From assembly GCF_964194155.1 (NCBI RefSeq), contig NC_135893.1, positions 94,426,001-94,490,000 on the forward strand: a DNA stretch of 64,000 nt, written 5' to 3'. Positions 1-11,735 of the stretch are shown piece by piece (position 1 is the first letter of the stretch; each line of letters starts with the position of its first letter). Under the pieces are notes generated by a model, which searched no databases, was not told where the DNA came from, and was given only the letters and a program-made list of their open reading frames with translations. Origin of the DNA: Cetorhinus maximus. Its lineage: Eukaryota. Both the position numbers and the translations under genes were made by a program.

Positions 1-1139
1 TAGTTCCTCCAAAGGGAAGGGAGCCTCTTTTAGTTGAACTACACAGTGCCTATCCAGGAATTTCCCGAATGAAGACCATAACACACAGCTATCTATGGTG
101 GTCAGGGATGGATGGTGAAAGAGAGAGTATGGTAAAGCATCGTGGGCAATGTCAGGAACTGCAAAAGTTGCCAGTGACAGCTCTATTATACCCATGGGAG
201 TGGCCAGGTAGATTCTGGGTGTGGTTAAACATTGTTCCTGGAAAAGGTCCAATGTAGTCAATGTTTCTGCTCATTGTCGATGCCCATTCAAAATGGTTGG
301 ACGTATATGAGGTGAAGTCACCAACATTGGGCACTATAATTGAGAGGCTACATCAGAGTTTTGCCATTCACCGACCAACAGAAGTAGTCATTTCTGATAA
401 TGGCACAGTATTTACAAGTGATGAGTTTCAACAGTTTATCAGCCTCAACGGTATCACTCATGTAAAAACTGCACCGTATCACCCTTCCTCAAACAGACTA
501 GCCGAAAGGGCAGTTCAAACGTTCAAGAAAAAGCTAACTGGTGATTCCTTGGCAACCAAGCTGGCATACTTTTCTTTTTCATTACAGGATTACCCCTCAC
601 ACAACAACAGGTGTCACACCGGCAGAGTTATTGTTGAAACACCGTCTCAGGACGAGATTGAGCTTAATAATACCGAATTTAGAGGGGAAGGTGGAAAGGA
701 GTCAGGGAAGCCAGAAAACTAACATGACTGGCATATTCATGAGAAGAAATTTACCGTGGGAGAGCCAGTATCCATGATAAGCTTCGGGGAAGGACCAAAG
801 TGGTTACCGGGTGAAATAAGTGTGATGATTGGACCTCTATCATACCACGTGGAGGTGGAAGGTGGGATCATCCGTAAACACGTGGACCATTTAAGGAAGA
901 GACACACAAATCATCAAGATTTGGTTCCACCGGTGACCATGACCGGGTCTGCGTTTCCTGTTGAAGATACTCAACCCAGGACTGACATGTCTGATGTTCC
1001 TGTAAAAGTTGAGGATACCGAACTGCAAGTGTCCACCAAAGCACCTGATGTTCAGGCAACTCCGGAAAAGGAGGTTCCCGACAAAGAATCTGAAGTTCTG
1101 GAGCTGCGACATGTATCAGGAAACCACCTGAAAGACTGA
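1..1139 (+). pseudogene. Decayed Gypsy/Ty3 pol 3' end (integrase)
   Basis: ORF pieces 69-257, 261-722, 541-777 and 756-1139 give a degenerate HHCC region (HSYLWWSGMD...CQ), a DDE core (LLIVDAHSKWLDV, VVISDNGTVFTSDEF, TAPYHPSSNRLAERAVQTFK), YRITPHTTTGVTPAELL and a C-terminal WLPGEI...SYHVEV...RKHVDHLR. Broken by a stop at 255-257 and frameshifts. Confidence 0.92.
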
Positions 1140-1220
1140 ACTTGTAAATTCCTTACCCAGTGCAAATATTATGCTGGCTTGAAAAATATGTACTTGTAAA
1201 TATAATATGTATAGCTGAGT

Positions 1221-1234
1221 TAAAGGAGGAAGAA
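1221..1234 (+). other. Polypurine tract of the Gypsy element
   Basis: TAAAGGAGGAAGAA directly before the TG start of the LTR. Confidence 0.8.
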
Positions 1235-1483
1235 TGTAGTAATTATGGTTTATGTAATGTGTAATGTACCTTTAAGAAAAATACTTAATGGTCACATGAT
1301 CTGTAGTAACCAATAGGAGAGTAGCGCAGGCTACCTCAGACTGTGTAGAGCTAGAGTTGGAGTTGAAAGCACACGTGTAGTTGCTGCTGAGTATATTGTA
1401 AATAAACTTAAAATGTTCCCACTCAAGAAGTGTCTGCAGATCAATTCTACTTACTAATAGTACAACTCGGCCACCATACAACA
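1235..1483 (+). mobile_element. 3' LTR of the Gypsy element (~249 bp)
   Basis: TGTAGTA...TACAACA termini (6/7 inverted match), follows the PPT, AATAAA at 1401-1406. Confidence 0.82.
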
Positions 1484-2297
1484 CTGGGGCAATCCAAAAC
1501 TAACCCATTGTCCGGCTGTCTCCTCGTGCCCCTGTTGATCCCTCAAGCTTCAGAATCATTCTCCCTTCCATTTTGGCGCGGTCAGTTTTTTTTTTAATAT
1601 AAACTGCTTCGAACCAAATCCTAATTCTTTTGATAAAAGCAAAAAACTGTGGATGCTTTTCCTTCATTTTATTATCCATCTATTCACAATGTATCGAAGG
1701 ATTGAAAGCAACTTTAACGTGTGCGGCATGGTGCTTTAAGACAATGCACTGCAGCCACATACAGTCAATCTGCACTGCATCAGTAAGACAGAAATCACCA
1801 ATTGCCTGGTTTACTGGAATTAAATCAATGCCACAGAAAGACCACCAGTAATGGAAAGATCTTCAAAGCGGCACAAAGGTAATTGTGTTATAGTGCAATT
1901 CATCATCAAAGCTTAAAGCAGAGGTTCGATCCAGCAACTGATGGCAAAGTAAACATTATTAAAATTGCAGAACACTTCTGTACAATGACTTCTTTTAATG
2001 CGGCCTAGATATTCAAAGCCTTCTGTGACAAAAATGACTACGTTGCTAATGTGTCAAACTCAGTTAAAAACTGGAGAATGAGAGTCTCAGCATGAGGGTT
2101 CAATAAAAGCAATGTGGAAGGGAGGAACAGCCATTACAAACTATTCCATGCCGAGGGCGGGATTGCAGCAGTTTAGTGCACATTTCTTCATATACGTCAA
2201 ATTTATAGCACAGAAACAGGTCATTAAGCCTAACTGGTCAATACCAGTGTCTATGTGCCACATGAGACTCCTCACATCACATCACCATAACCTTCTA

Positions 2298-3034
2298 TAA
2301 AAACAAAAAACTGCGGATGCTGGAAATCCAAAACAAAAACAGAAACAGAAATACCTGGAAAAACTCAGCAGGTCTGGCAGCATCGGCGGAGAAGATCACA
2401 GTTGACGTTTCGAGTCCTCGTGACCCTTCAACAGAACTAAGTAAAAATAGGAAAGGGGTGAAATATAAGCTGGTTTAAGGGGGGGGTTTGTTGGGACAAG
2501 CAGCCAGTGATAGGTGGAGATAACCAAAAGATGTCACAGACAAAAGGACAAAGGTGTTGAAGGTGGTGATATTATCTAAAGGAATGTGCTAATTAAGAGT
2601 GGAAGACAGGACAGATAAGGTACAGGTAGCTCTAGTGGGGGTGGGGGAATACTAAAAGGTATAAATAAACAATGGGTGGAAATACATTTAAAAATAATGG
2701 AAATAGGTGGGAAAAGAAAAATCGATATAAATTATTGGAAAAAACAAAAAGGAGGGGGAAGAAACAGGAAGGGGGTGGGGATGGAGGAGAGAGTTCAAGA
2801 TTTAAAATTGTTGAACTCAATATTCAGTCCGGAAGGCTGTAAAATGCCTAGTCGGAAGATCCTCCAGTTTCCAGCTTCACCGGAACATTGCAGCAGGCCA
2901 AGGACGGACATGTGGGCATGAGAGCAAGGTGGAGTGTTGAAATGGCAAGCGACAGGGAGGTCTGGGTAATGCTTGCAGACAGACCGAAGGTGTTCTGCAA
3001 AGCAGTCACCCAGTCTGCGTTTGGTCTCTCCAAT
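2298..3034 (-). mobile_element. Penelope-like element family A, 3' fragment (GIY-YIG remnant + pseudo-LTR)
   Basis: Minus ORF contains IGETKRRLGDCFAEHL...PVACHFN...LGILQPSGLNIEF. Closely similar to 9238-10205 and 15895-16562. Confidence 0.88.
2400..2438 (-). ncRNA. Minimal type-I hammerhead motif, variant core CUGUUGA
   Basis: Reverse complement AGTT-CTGTTGA-A-GGGTC-ACGAG-GACTC-GAAA-CGTC-AACT. Confidence 0.7.
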
Positions 3035-3419
3035 GGGAAACTTGGTTTGTATTGGATGTAAATCCCTAATTCTAACCTTACACATATAGGGCTGGATTTT
3101 CACTGATTGGTAGGGTTGGGAATGGGTGCAGGCACGATTTAAAAATCGTGCTCCTAGCGAGGGTGCCTTTGATCATGACTCCTCTGGGACGTGCTCTGAT
3201 TTTCAGAGAGGGCAGGGGAAGGGGACTGGAGAACCGGCATTGCCTCTAACAGCCCATTAAGCTCGTTAAGGGGTTTAATTAAAGGGCTTGGGAGAGCAAG
3301 AATGGGATTTTCAAATATTGGGCGAACCCGAACAGCCTGGACCACGTGGTCAGGTCCTGGAGTCTCATCCAAACAGTCTTTCAGGCTCCTGCCTCATAGG
3401 GAGACATCCTCACAAGGGG

Positions 3420-5232
3420 CCTTAGGCCTCTTTCTCCATTAGAGACGCAACCGGTTGAGTAGCTTAAGGGGCACCATTCCACATCAAGCACAAGGCCAGG
3501 CGAGGGGCACCATTCCACATCAGGCATAAGGCCAGGCGAGGAGGCCTCCATTCCACATCAAGCATAAGGCCAGGCGAGGAGGCACCATTCCACATCAGGC
3601 ATAAGGCCAGGCGAGGAGGCCTCCATTCCACATCAAGCATAAGGCCAGGCGAGGAGGCCTCCATTCCACATCAAGCATAAGGCCAGGCGAGGAGGCACCA
3701 TTCCACATCAAGCATAAGGCCAGGCGAGGAGGCCTCCATTCCACATCAAGCATAAGGCCAGGCGAGGAGGCACCATTCCACATCAAGCATAAGGCAAGGC
3801 GAGGGGGCACCATTCCACATCAAGCATAAGGCAAGGCGAGGGGCACCATTCCACATCAAGCACGAGGCAAGGTGAGGGGCACCATTCCACATCAGGCATA
3901 AGGCAAGGCGAGGGGCACCATTCCACATCAAGCATAAGGCCAGGTGAGGGGCACCATTCCACATCAAGCACAAGGCAAGGTGAGGGGCACCATTCCACAT
4001 CAAGCACAAGGCAAGGCGAAGGGCACCATTCCACATCAAGCACAAGGCAAGGTGAGGGGCACCATTCCACATCAAGCACAAGGCAAGGCGAGGGGCACCA
4101 TTCCACATCAGGCATAAGGCAAGGCCAGGGGCACCATTCCACATCAAGCATAAGGCAAGGTGAGGGGCACCATTCCACATCAAGCATAAGGCCAGGTGAG
4201 GGGCACCATTCCACATCAAGCATAAGGCAAGGCCAGGGGCACCATTCCACATCAGGCATAAGGCAAGGCGAGGGGCACCATTCCACATCAGGCATAAGGC
4301 AAGGTGAGGGGCACCATTCCACATCAGGCATAAGGCCAGGTGAGGGGCACCATTCCACATCAGGCATAAGGCCAGGTGAGGGGCACCATTCCACATCAGG
4401 CATAAGGCAAGGTGAGGGGCACCATTCCACATCAGGCATAAGGCAAGGCCAGGGGCACCATTCCACATCAAGCATAAGGCAAGGTGAGGGACACCATTCC
4501 ACATCAAGCATAAGGCAAGGCGAGGGGACACCATTCCACATCAAGCATAAGGCAAGGCAAGGGGCACCATTCCACATCAGGCATAAGGCCAGGCGAGGGG
4601 CACCATTCCACATCAAGCATAAGGCCAGGCGAGGGGCACCATTCCACATCAAGCATAAGGCAAGGCAAGGGGCGCCATTCCACATCAAGCATAAGGCAAG
4701 GTGAGGGGCACCATTCCACATCAAGCATAAGGCAAGGTGAGGGGGCACCATTCCACATCAGGCACAAGGCCAGGTGAGGGGGCACCATTCCACATCAAGC
4801 ATAAGGCAAGGCAAGGGGCACCATTCCACATCAAGCATAAGGCAAGGTGAGGGGCACCATTCCACATCAGGCATAAGGCCAGGTGAGGGGGCACCATTCC
4901 ACATCAAGCATAAGGCAAGGCAAGGGGCACCATTCCACATCAAGCATAAGGCAAGGTGAGGGGCACCATTCCACATCAAGCATAAGGCAAGGCGAGGGGG
5001 CACCATTCCACATCAAGCATAAGGCAAGGCAAGGGGCACCATTCCACATCAAGCATAAGGCAAGGTGAGGGGCACCATTCCACATCAGGCATAAGGCCAG
5101 GCGAGGGGCGCCATTCCACATCAGGCATAAGACCAGGCGAGGAAGCCTCCATAATCGACCACAGCTGGAACAGGGACTGAAACCACGCTGTTGGTACCAT
5201 TCTGCAACCCGCTCTAGCCAACTGAGCTAACC
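3420..5232 (-). mobile_element. tRNA-derived SINE interrupted by a minisatellite
   Basis: Minus-strand head GGTTAGCTCAGTTGG (A box)...GGTTTCAGTCCC (B box-like) runs directly into the first repeat unit. Non-repeat sequence interpreted as the SINE 3' part resumes below 3468. Confidence 0.65.
3468..5152. repeat. Minisatellite, ~46 units of 36-38 bp (consensus CACCATTCCACATCAAGCATAAGGCAAGGYGAGGGG)
   Basis: Head-to-tail units with no spacers. The 36-bp period shows as 12-aa periodicity in the ORF track. Confidence 0.97.
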
Positions 5233-5369
5233 AACCTCACCTCACACTGGGTCAAATTTGTACTCTGCCTGTGGAGAACAGAACTCTCTCAGGGAGAACA
5301 GTAACTGAATTGAAGAGTGAAGGTTACGAGGAAATGGGCTCTTGTAAGCAGTCTTTATAAAAACAGCGG

Positions 5370-5595
5370 GTCATAAGGTCGGGGGGGGGTGGTGGTATCT
5401 GGAATTCACTGCCTGAAAGAGTGGTAGTGACGGGAACCTTCAACATTCGAGTAGTATTTAGATGAACACTGGAAAACGCTGCAGCATACAAGGTTATGGG
5501 CCAAGTGCTGGAAAATGGGATTAGAGTAGATAGCGGCTTGATGACAGGTGTGGACACGATGGGCCAAAGGGCGTGTCTCTGTGCCGTAAAACTGA
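5370..5595 (+). mobile_element. CR1 LINE 3' end fragment
   Basis: GTGGTATCTGGAATTCACTGCCTGAAAGAGTGGTAG...GGACACGATGGGCCAAAGGGC, a typical CR1 tail. Confidence 0.75.
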
Positions 5596-7293
5596 CTCTA
5601 TTTTCGCCTCCACCCCGTGGCCATTAAACTGGCAGAGCAGATCACCCACCCACTTAGAACCTGCCTGATTCATTTCCAGTATTTGGTGAGGGGGGAGGGT
5701 GAATGGGGAAAAAGCTGCTGAGCTGCAATACATGACAGATATAACCTTTTGAACGGACTGTGTCACCAGTGACTTACCTTGAAGAAGAAACATTATTCCT
5801 TGCAGCCACTGAACATAAAAGGATTGGAATCCTCCATTTCCAGAGTTTTAATTGCACACATCCTGCATTTGTATGCGTGCAATGAAAGTGATCATTGTTG
5901 ACAATAGTAAATTATACTATTAATGCTCCTCGGAACAACTTTTAATATCTGATCAGATTTGAGGAGACATTAATTATTGGTGAGGCAGATGCGCTGAGCA
6001 CAGTTGTACACACAGTGGAATGGCAATGAGACATGAAATTCAATCAGGCCACATGCTGGTGCTAATGCTGTCCTTGGGTGAATCACATCATACACAGGAT
6101 AATAGATTTCTGGTAATTTAAGAATACGGATTCACTAAACACAATCCTTCTTGCTATGCATTAGGAACTGTCGTCTGATCAAATGATATGCAAAGCCTCT
6201 GCACAACATTCATATAACTGAGAGCTCGCAAATAAATTTGTACTGTTCACGGGCACCTGGATCTCTGTTATCGGACTTGCTGAGCGTATTCAGTTACAGA
6301 GATAAAACCTTTCAGAGAGCACCTCATTGGGATCTGACGCTGGTGATTAAAACTCCTTTGAGGGTACTTCCAATCAGTGGGAACATGTGTACCAAAGCTT
6401 AAATTACAATTCCTCTAAGAGCTTCTATTGAGCAGCTGAGGTAACTAATTCAATATCACTGCGATGTGGTTGGTGGTGGGGGCGGGGGGGTGCGGAATGT
6501 GCTTCATATATTTTTGACGTTGTGTAAAGGGAGTTTTAGGTTGGGTTATCTTACACAGAAATAGAAATGAATGAAGGAGGGACAAGATTAGGAGATAAGA
6601 AAACGGCTGACTTCCCCATATAGGGAGAGAAAAAAATTCAATTGTTCTCACCTTCCTACAAGCCATCAGCATTGCACCCACATCCACTTGCTCGGTCTCA
6701 CACAAGAAGGAAAAGATCAACTTCTTTCCAGTGGTGATGTGGATTGACATTGTCAGATGAAGGTTGAAGACTGATGGTACGAGATCACTAGGAAGATGGA
6801 ACTAGGGGGTTTTTCAGGGCCAAACATTTCTTTGTTATATTGGTTGCATATGAATGAAGTTTTCTTTCCCCCAACAATAAGCCGATCGTTCCTCAGGGTA
6901 TCAGGTAAATTGATGCTTTCTGAGAGTTGTAGCATTCAGGCATGTTTATTTAGTGTTTGCACGATAAATTAAAATAAGCTGAATAAAATCTTGAAAACTT
7001 TCATCACAACCATCCGGGATACAGTGGGCTGCTGTCTTATGTAAATCATTGGTTTCTTCAAGAGTGATTGTAGCTGCTTTTTGGAGGTAAGGAAGGTGTT
7101 CCCTGATCTGAATGCATTAACAAGCACTTTATGGTCACTGCACTTTCACAATGACCAGGGTTTTGAATATAGGGATTGGGGGGGCACAGTGATGACAAAT
7201 TTAAAAAGCTACCTTGGAACTTCCATATTTAGCATTTTACTACAGAGTATTATTACTGGGGCTGTTCATGGGTGAAATGTACTAATGGTTCAT

Positions 7294-7362
7294 CAGCTCT
7301 GACGAAGGGTCATTGACTTGAAACGTTAACTGTTTCTTTCTCCACAGATGCTGCCGGGCCTG
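7294..7362 (+). ncRNA. Hammerhead motif + start of PLE tail (short insert)
   Basis: CAGCT-CTGACGA-A-GGGTC-ATT-GACTT-GAAA-CGTT-AACTG, then TTTCTTTCTCCACAGATGCTGCC. Confidence 0.7.
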
Positions 7363-7754
7363 CAGTGTGGTTTAACTCTCTCTGTGCCCGCGGTCCTGCT
7401 CTCCTCGACTGGGACTCCCGTTCACCCACTCCCGCCTGTATCCAATAGCGGGAGTATGCAGGATGGTCAGTGTGGAACTGAAATCAGATTCCCCACACTC
7501 AGGGGAGTGACGGTGAATGATTCACACAGCTCACACATCTTTCAAGAGGTGAGTGTGAAAAGCAGGGCACTGCCTCACACGCAAGTTCTCACACCCTCAC
7601 TCACAGGCTTGGAAACTCCACGCTAAAACATTTCTCTTCAAAAGAGAGATTAAATTCTGCTATTTTTAACCACAAAACATGCTAATTGCCAAATTAAGCT
7701 TCGAAGATGTCAAATGATCTTGTGCAGTTTGATGATCAGCTGTTACAACCGTAG

Positions 7755-8072
7755 AAAAAAGTTACAGCACGGAAGGAGGCCATTCAGCCCATCTTGTCCA
7801 TGCCAGCCTGAGGACACCCAGGTGCTCTTTCTAATCCCACCTTCCTGCACCCGGCCCATAGCCCTGCAGCTTACAGCACTTAAGGTGCAGATCCAGGTAC
7901 TTTTTAAAAAAGAGTTTAGAGTTTCTGCCTCTACCACCAACTTGGGCAGCGAATTCCAGTCAACCACTACCCTCTGCGTAAAAAAGTTCTTCCTCATATC
8001 CCCCCTACACCTTCTGCCACTTATCTTGAATCTGTGTCCCCTGGTTCTAGAATTCTCCGCCAAGGGAAACAA
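7755..8072 (-). mobile_element. CR1 LINE 3' fragment
   Basis: Minus ORF LFPLAENSRTRGHRFKISGRRCRGDMRKNFFTQRVVVDWNSLP matches the CR1 ORF2 C-terminus. Confidence 0.88.
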
Positions 8073-8420
8073 TGTTGTGAAAGAACAGAAACAAAAATAC
8101 CTGGAAAAACTCAGCAGGTCTGACAGCATCTGTGGAGAGGAACACAGTTAACGTTTCGAGTCTGAATCAAAATAGGCTAAATTTCCCCCCCCCACCCCCA
8201 CTAGGGCTGTCTGTCCCTTGCTCTTCCTGCTTTCCACCTTTAATGTCCCCATTAGCACATTTCTTAGCTAATATCACCACCGTCAACACCTCTTTGTCCT
8301 TTTGTCTGTGACATCTTTTGGTTATCTCCACCTATCACTGGCCCTCTGTCCAGCTCTACCTATCCCACCCACCCACCCCCTTAAACCAGCTTATACTTCA
8401 CCTCTTTTCTATTTTTCCTT

Positions 8421-8459
8421 AGTTCTGATGAAGAGTCATTCGGACTCGAAACGTTAACT
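8421..8459 (+). ncRNA. Minimal type-I hammerhead ribozyme motif, canonical core
   Basis: AGTT-CTGATGA-A-GAGTC-ATTCG-GACTC-GAAA-CGTT-AACT: perfect helix I and II, palindromic minimal helix III. Confidence 0.85.
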
Positions 8460-8474
8460 GTGTTCCTCTCTGCA

Positions 8475-8622
8475 TTGTAATATTGTTTGTACTGATGCAC
8501 CTGGTGATACATGTTGTAAAATTTGAACCTGATTGTACCTTTGTAATGGTGCTTTTGAAATGGTTTAGAATGTGGTTGAAGTTATTTTATGAATAAAGTA
8601 TATTTTTGCAAAAAATAAAAAA
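8475..8622 (+). mobile_element. 5'-truncated poly(A) retroposed insert (L1/Tx1-like 3' UTR), 15-bp TSD
   Basis: TSD GTGTTCCTCTCTGCA at 8460-8474 and 8623-8637, AATAAA at 8592-8597, A-rich tail. Confidence 0.85.
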
Positions 8623-9237
8623 GTGTTCCTCTCTGCAGATGCTGTCAGACCTGCTGAGTTTTTCCAGGTATTTTTGTTTTTGTTCTAGATTTCCAGCATC
8701 TACAGTATTTTGCTTTTATCTTAAAGTTGTGAAAGAGTTGGGTTTTGCCCCATTGGGCCTATATGGAGACTTTAAGATCACTGATCCAACAATTTGTGCT
8801 GATACAATATATTTAATGAGCATCACACAAAACACACTACTTGAAGACACTCCCAAGTTTTGGTCCACTCATATTTGCTTCTGCTGTTTAAGCCAATTAG
8901 AATATCATGTCAATTAAGAGAATAGTGGATAATTAATCATTAATTGACAGATTATCTACATTAATTAGCAACTAGAAATTTGCCACTGAAGCAGCAATGG
9001 TAATCTCTACAATTCAGAATACTTGCAAGACCTTTGCCCACAGGTATGCTTAGACTAGTTGACTAAGGGATAATCTCATTTAAATCCTTAAAGGTGATTA
9101 AAGCTGTTAATATGGTGGAGAGAGAAACTATTTCCTCTGTTGGATGAGTCAGAACAATCTTTGAATTGGAGCTAGACCCATTCAAGGGTGATGTCAGGAA
9201 GCACTTCTAGATACAAACGAACTTGGAAATCTGGAAC

Positions 9238-10205
9238 AAAAAATAAAAAATACCTGGAAAAACTCAGCAGGTCTGGCAGCATCAGCGGAGCAGAGTACAG
9301 TTGACGTTTCGAGTCCTCATGACCCTTCAACAGAACTAAGTAAAAATAGGAGAGGGGTGAAATATAAACTGGTTTAAGGGGGGGAAAGGGGGGGGTGGGG
9401 GAGGTGGTTGTAGGGACAAGCAAGCAGTGATAGGTGGAGATAACCAAAAGATGTCACAGACAAAAGGACAAAGAGGTGTTGAAGGTGGTGATATTATCTA
9501 AAAGAATGTGCTAATTAAGAGTGGATCGCAGGACAAGCAAGGTACAGATAGCTCTAGTGGGGGTGGGGTGAAATAAGACTAAAAGGGCATAAAAGGTATA
9601 GATTTAAAAATAATGGAAATAGGTGGGAAAAGAAAATCCTATATAAATTATTGGAAAAAACAAAAAGGAGGGGGAAGAAACGGAAAGGGGGGAGTTCAAG
9701 ATCTAAAATTGTTGAACTCAATATTCAGTCCGCAAGGCTGTAAAGTGCCTAGTCGGAAGATGAGGTGCTGTTCCTCCAGTCTGCGCTGAGCTTCACCGGA
9801 ACAATGCAGCAAGCCAAGGACAGACATGTGGGCAAGAGAGCAGGCTGGAGTGTTAAAACGGCAAGCGACAGGGAGGTCTGGGTGATGCTTGCGGACAGAC
9901 CAAAGGTGTTCTGCAAAGCGGTCACCCAGTCTGCGTTTGGTCTCTCCAATGTAGAGGAAACCGCATTGGGAGCAACGAATGCAGTAGACTAAGTTGAAGG
10001 AAGTGCAAGTGAAACACTGCTTCACTTGAAAGGAGTGTTTGGGCCCTTGGACTGTGAAGAGAGAGGAAGTGAAGGGGCAGATGTTGCATATCTTGCGTTC
10101 GCATGGGGAGGTGCCGTAGGAGGGGGTTAAAGAGTAAGGGGTGATGGAGGAGTTGACCAGGGTGTCACGGAGGGAACAATCCCTACGGAATGCCGCCAGG
10201 AGGAC
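9238..10205 (-). mobile_element. Penelope-like element family A, longest copy (GIY-YIG domain + pseudo-LTR)
   Basis: ORF 9696-10025: FTCTSFNLVYCIRCSQCGFLYIGETKRRLGDRFAEHL...EEQHLIFRLGTLQPCGLNIEF. TSD-like GAAATCTGGAAC at 9226-9237 and 10211-10222. Confidence 0.92.
9299..9337 (-). ncRNA. Hammerhead motif, variant core CUGUUGA
   Basis: Reverse complement AGTT-CTGTTGA-A-GGGTC-ATGAG-GACTC-GAAA-CGTC-AACT. Confidence 0.7.
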
Positions 10206-10282
10206 TTGGCGAAATCTGGAACTTTCTCCTCCAAAAGGCTGCTGAGGTCAGGGATCAATCAAAAATTTCAGAACTGAGATCG

Positions 10283-10399
10283 AGTCATACGGACACAAAA
10301 CATTAACCCGGTTTCTCTCCCCACAGATACTGCCAGGCCGAATGAGCTTTTCCAGCATTTTGTGTTTTCTTCAGATTTCCAGTATCTTGCTTTTATTAT
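10283..10399 (+). mobile_element. Short PLE tail insert starting in HHR helix II
   Basis: GAGTCATACGGACAC...CAGATACTGCCAGGCCG...TTTCCAGCATTTTG, flanked by ATCGA on both sides. Confidence 0.65.
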
Positions 10400-11091
10400 A
10401 TCGATAGATTTTGTTTGTTAGGCAAGGAGGCTAAGGGTTATGGAAGCAAGGTGAGAACGTGGAATTAAGATACAGATCAGTCATGATCTAGTTGAATGGC
10501 AGAACAGTCTCGACGGACTGAATGGCCTATTTCTGTTCCTATGTTGCATGGGGGTTTTTACAAACATGTATTGGAAGATCATTGGTTGCCAGGGTATCCT
10601 GTGACCTCCTAAGTTCCAGAAACACACCAAGAAAATAACTGAGGTAGGAAAACAAGACATCGTGAATCTTGTTGTATACTTGTGGGCTGCAAAAGCCCAA
10701 CCACACACATGGGGGGGATGGGAGGAGGTTTGCGGAGGTTCTAGGTTAGAATGGCCATGCTGTAGGCTAACTAATGCTCAGGTGCTTAAAGCAGCACTAA
10801 CTCCAATGACAAACCTTCTACCCTGCACAAAAAGAGAGGACATTCTGTCACAAATCCAGGAGCGAACTTTCCCCAAATCACACCCAGTCGGTAACAAAGC
10901 CTACACCGAAACTGTTCAACAGATTTACTGACGGCCCAGAGCAGATGAACACTAATGGCAAGAGAGAGATTACTGCGGGAACGATTGGGCGAGATGTCTA
11001 CCATAGACAATTAACAGCAAAATCAAGGACACATGTATAAAGAATATTTTATGATTCATCTTTCAACAGTGAATAATAACCCCCTTAACAG

Positions 11092-11735
11092 TCCTGTGGC
11101 GCATTGGCTAGTGTCCCTGCCTTTGAGCCCGAAGCCCTGGGTTCAAGTTCCACCCCAGGATTTGATGACCAAGGAAGATGCATTCATAATGTGGCCAAAC
11201 AGGATTAGGATCAACATGCAAATCCTTCCAACACCAGTGACAGGTGCTAAGAGCTGGAGGGATTCCTGGTCAGACATGTGATGGAAAGAAAACTCATCAC
11301 TATTCATAGCTCTGGAATACAACGTGTGTATAAAACTGCACGTTGCCAGTTGACTGGGCAACCGGTCTGGATCAGATTGGCACCAACAGCATAGGGCTCA
11401 ATCTTTGTTTTGGGCGGGTGGATTCGGCACCTACCTCCTTGCCCTGCCTGTGGAGGTCGTGGCACAATGGGTTAGACCTGTCCTCAGACAGAGAGAACTG
11501 GAGAATTCTCCATGTAGAATCATGAAGCTGTTAAGATATTCATAAAGATCCATCCGGTTCATGAGGGCAGGAAACCTGCTGTCTTTACCCAACCTGACCA
11601 ATGACCCTAGTCCAACACTGTGACAGGCTCTTAAATGCCCTCTGAAGTTGTTAAGCAAGTCATTCAGCCGTTTCAAACTCGAGATGGGCAATTAATGCTG
11701 GCCACCCCAGCAACGCGCACCTCTTGAGAAGGAAT
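11092..11735 (+). mobile_element. Old tRNA-derived SINE head and CR1-like SINE tail
   Basis: GTGGCGCATTGG...CTGGGTTCAAGTTCC head; GATGGGCAATTAATGCTGGCC tail. Confidence 0.55.

Larger units (their letters stand above)
8085..8725 (+). mobile_element. PLE pseudo-LTR insert with an inverted partial copy at its 5' end, 11-bp TSD
   Basis: 8085-8167 is the reverse complement of the tail at ~8440-8670. Flanked by GTTGTGAAAGA at 8074-8084 and 8726-8736. Confidence 0.85.
9085..10545 (+). mobile_element. CR1 3' fragment split by two PLE insertions
   Basis: CR1 tail sequence at 9085-9237, 10211-10282 and ~10400-10545 is colinear across the inserts. Confidence 0.75.

Noticed and set aside
3746-4751. Long 262-aa and 322-aa Cys-rich repeat ORFs
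   Set aside because: By-product of a 36-bp unit lacking stops in two frames; 37/38-bp units shift the frame freely.
3468-5152. CRISPR array (36-bp repeats)
   Set aside because: Units abut with no unique spacers, no cas genes are present, and the context is vertebrate.
5155-5232. tRNA gene
   Set aside because: A/B-box-like motifs but no complete cloverleaf; it is a SINE head. The same applies to 11092, 18670, 21786, 23207, 27853, 50210, 58420 and 61700.
9696-10025. Stand-alone GIY-YIG nuclease gene or homing endonuclease
   Set aside because: It is the 5'-truncated end of a Penelope-like element with a pseudo-LTR and multiple decayed copies.
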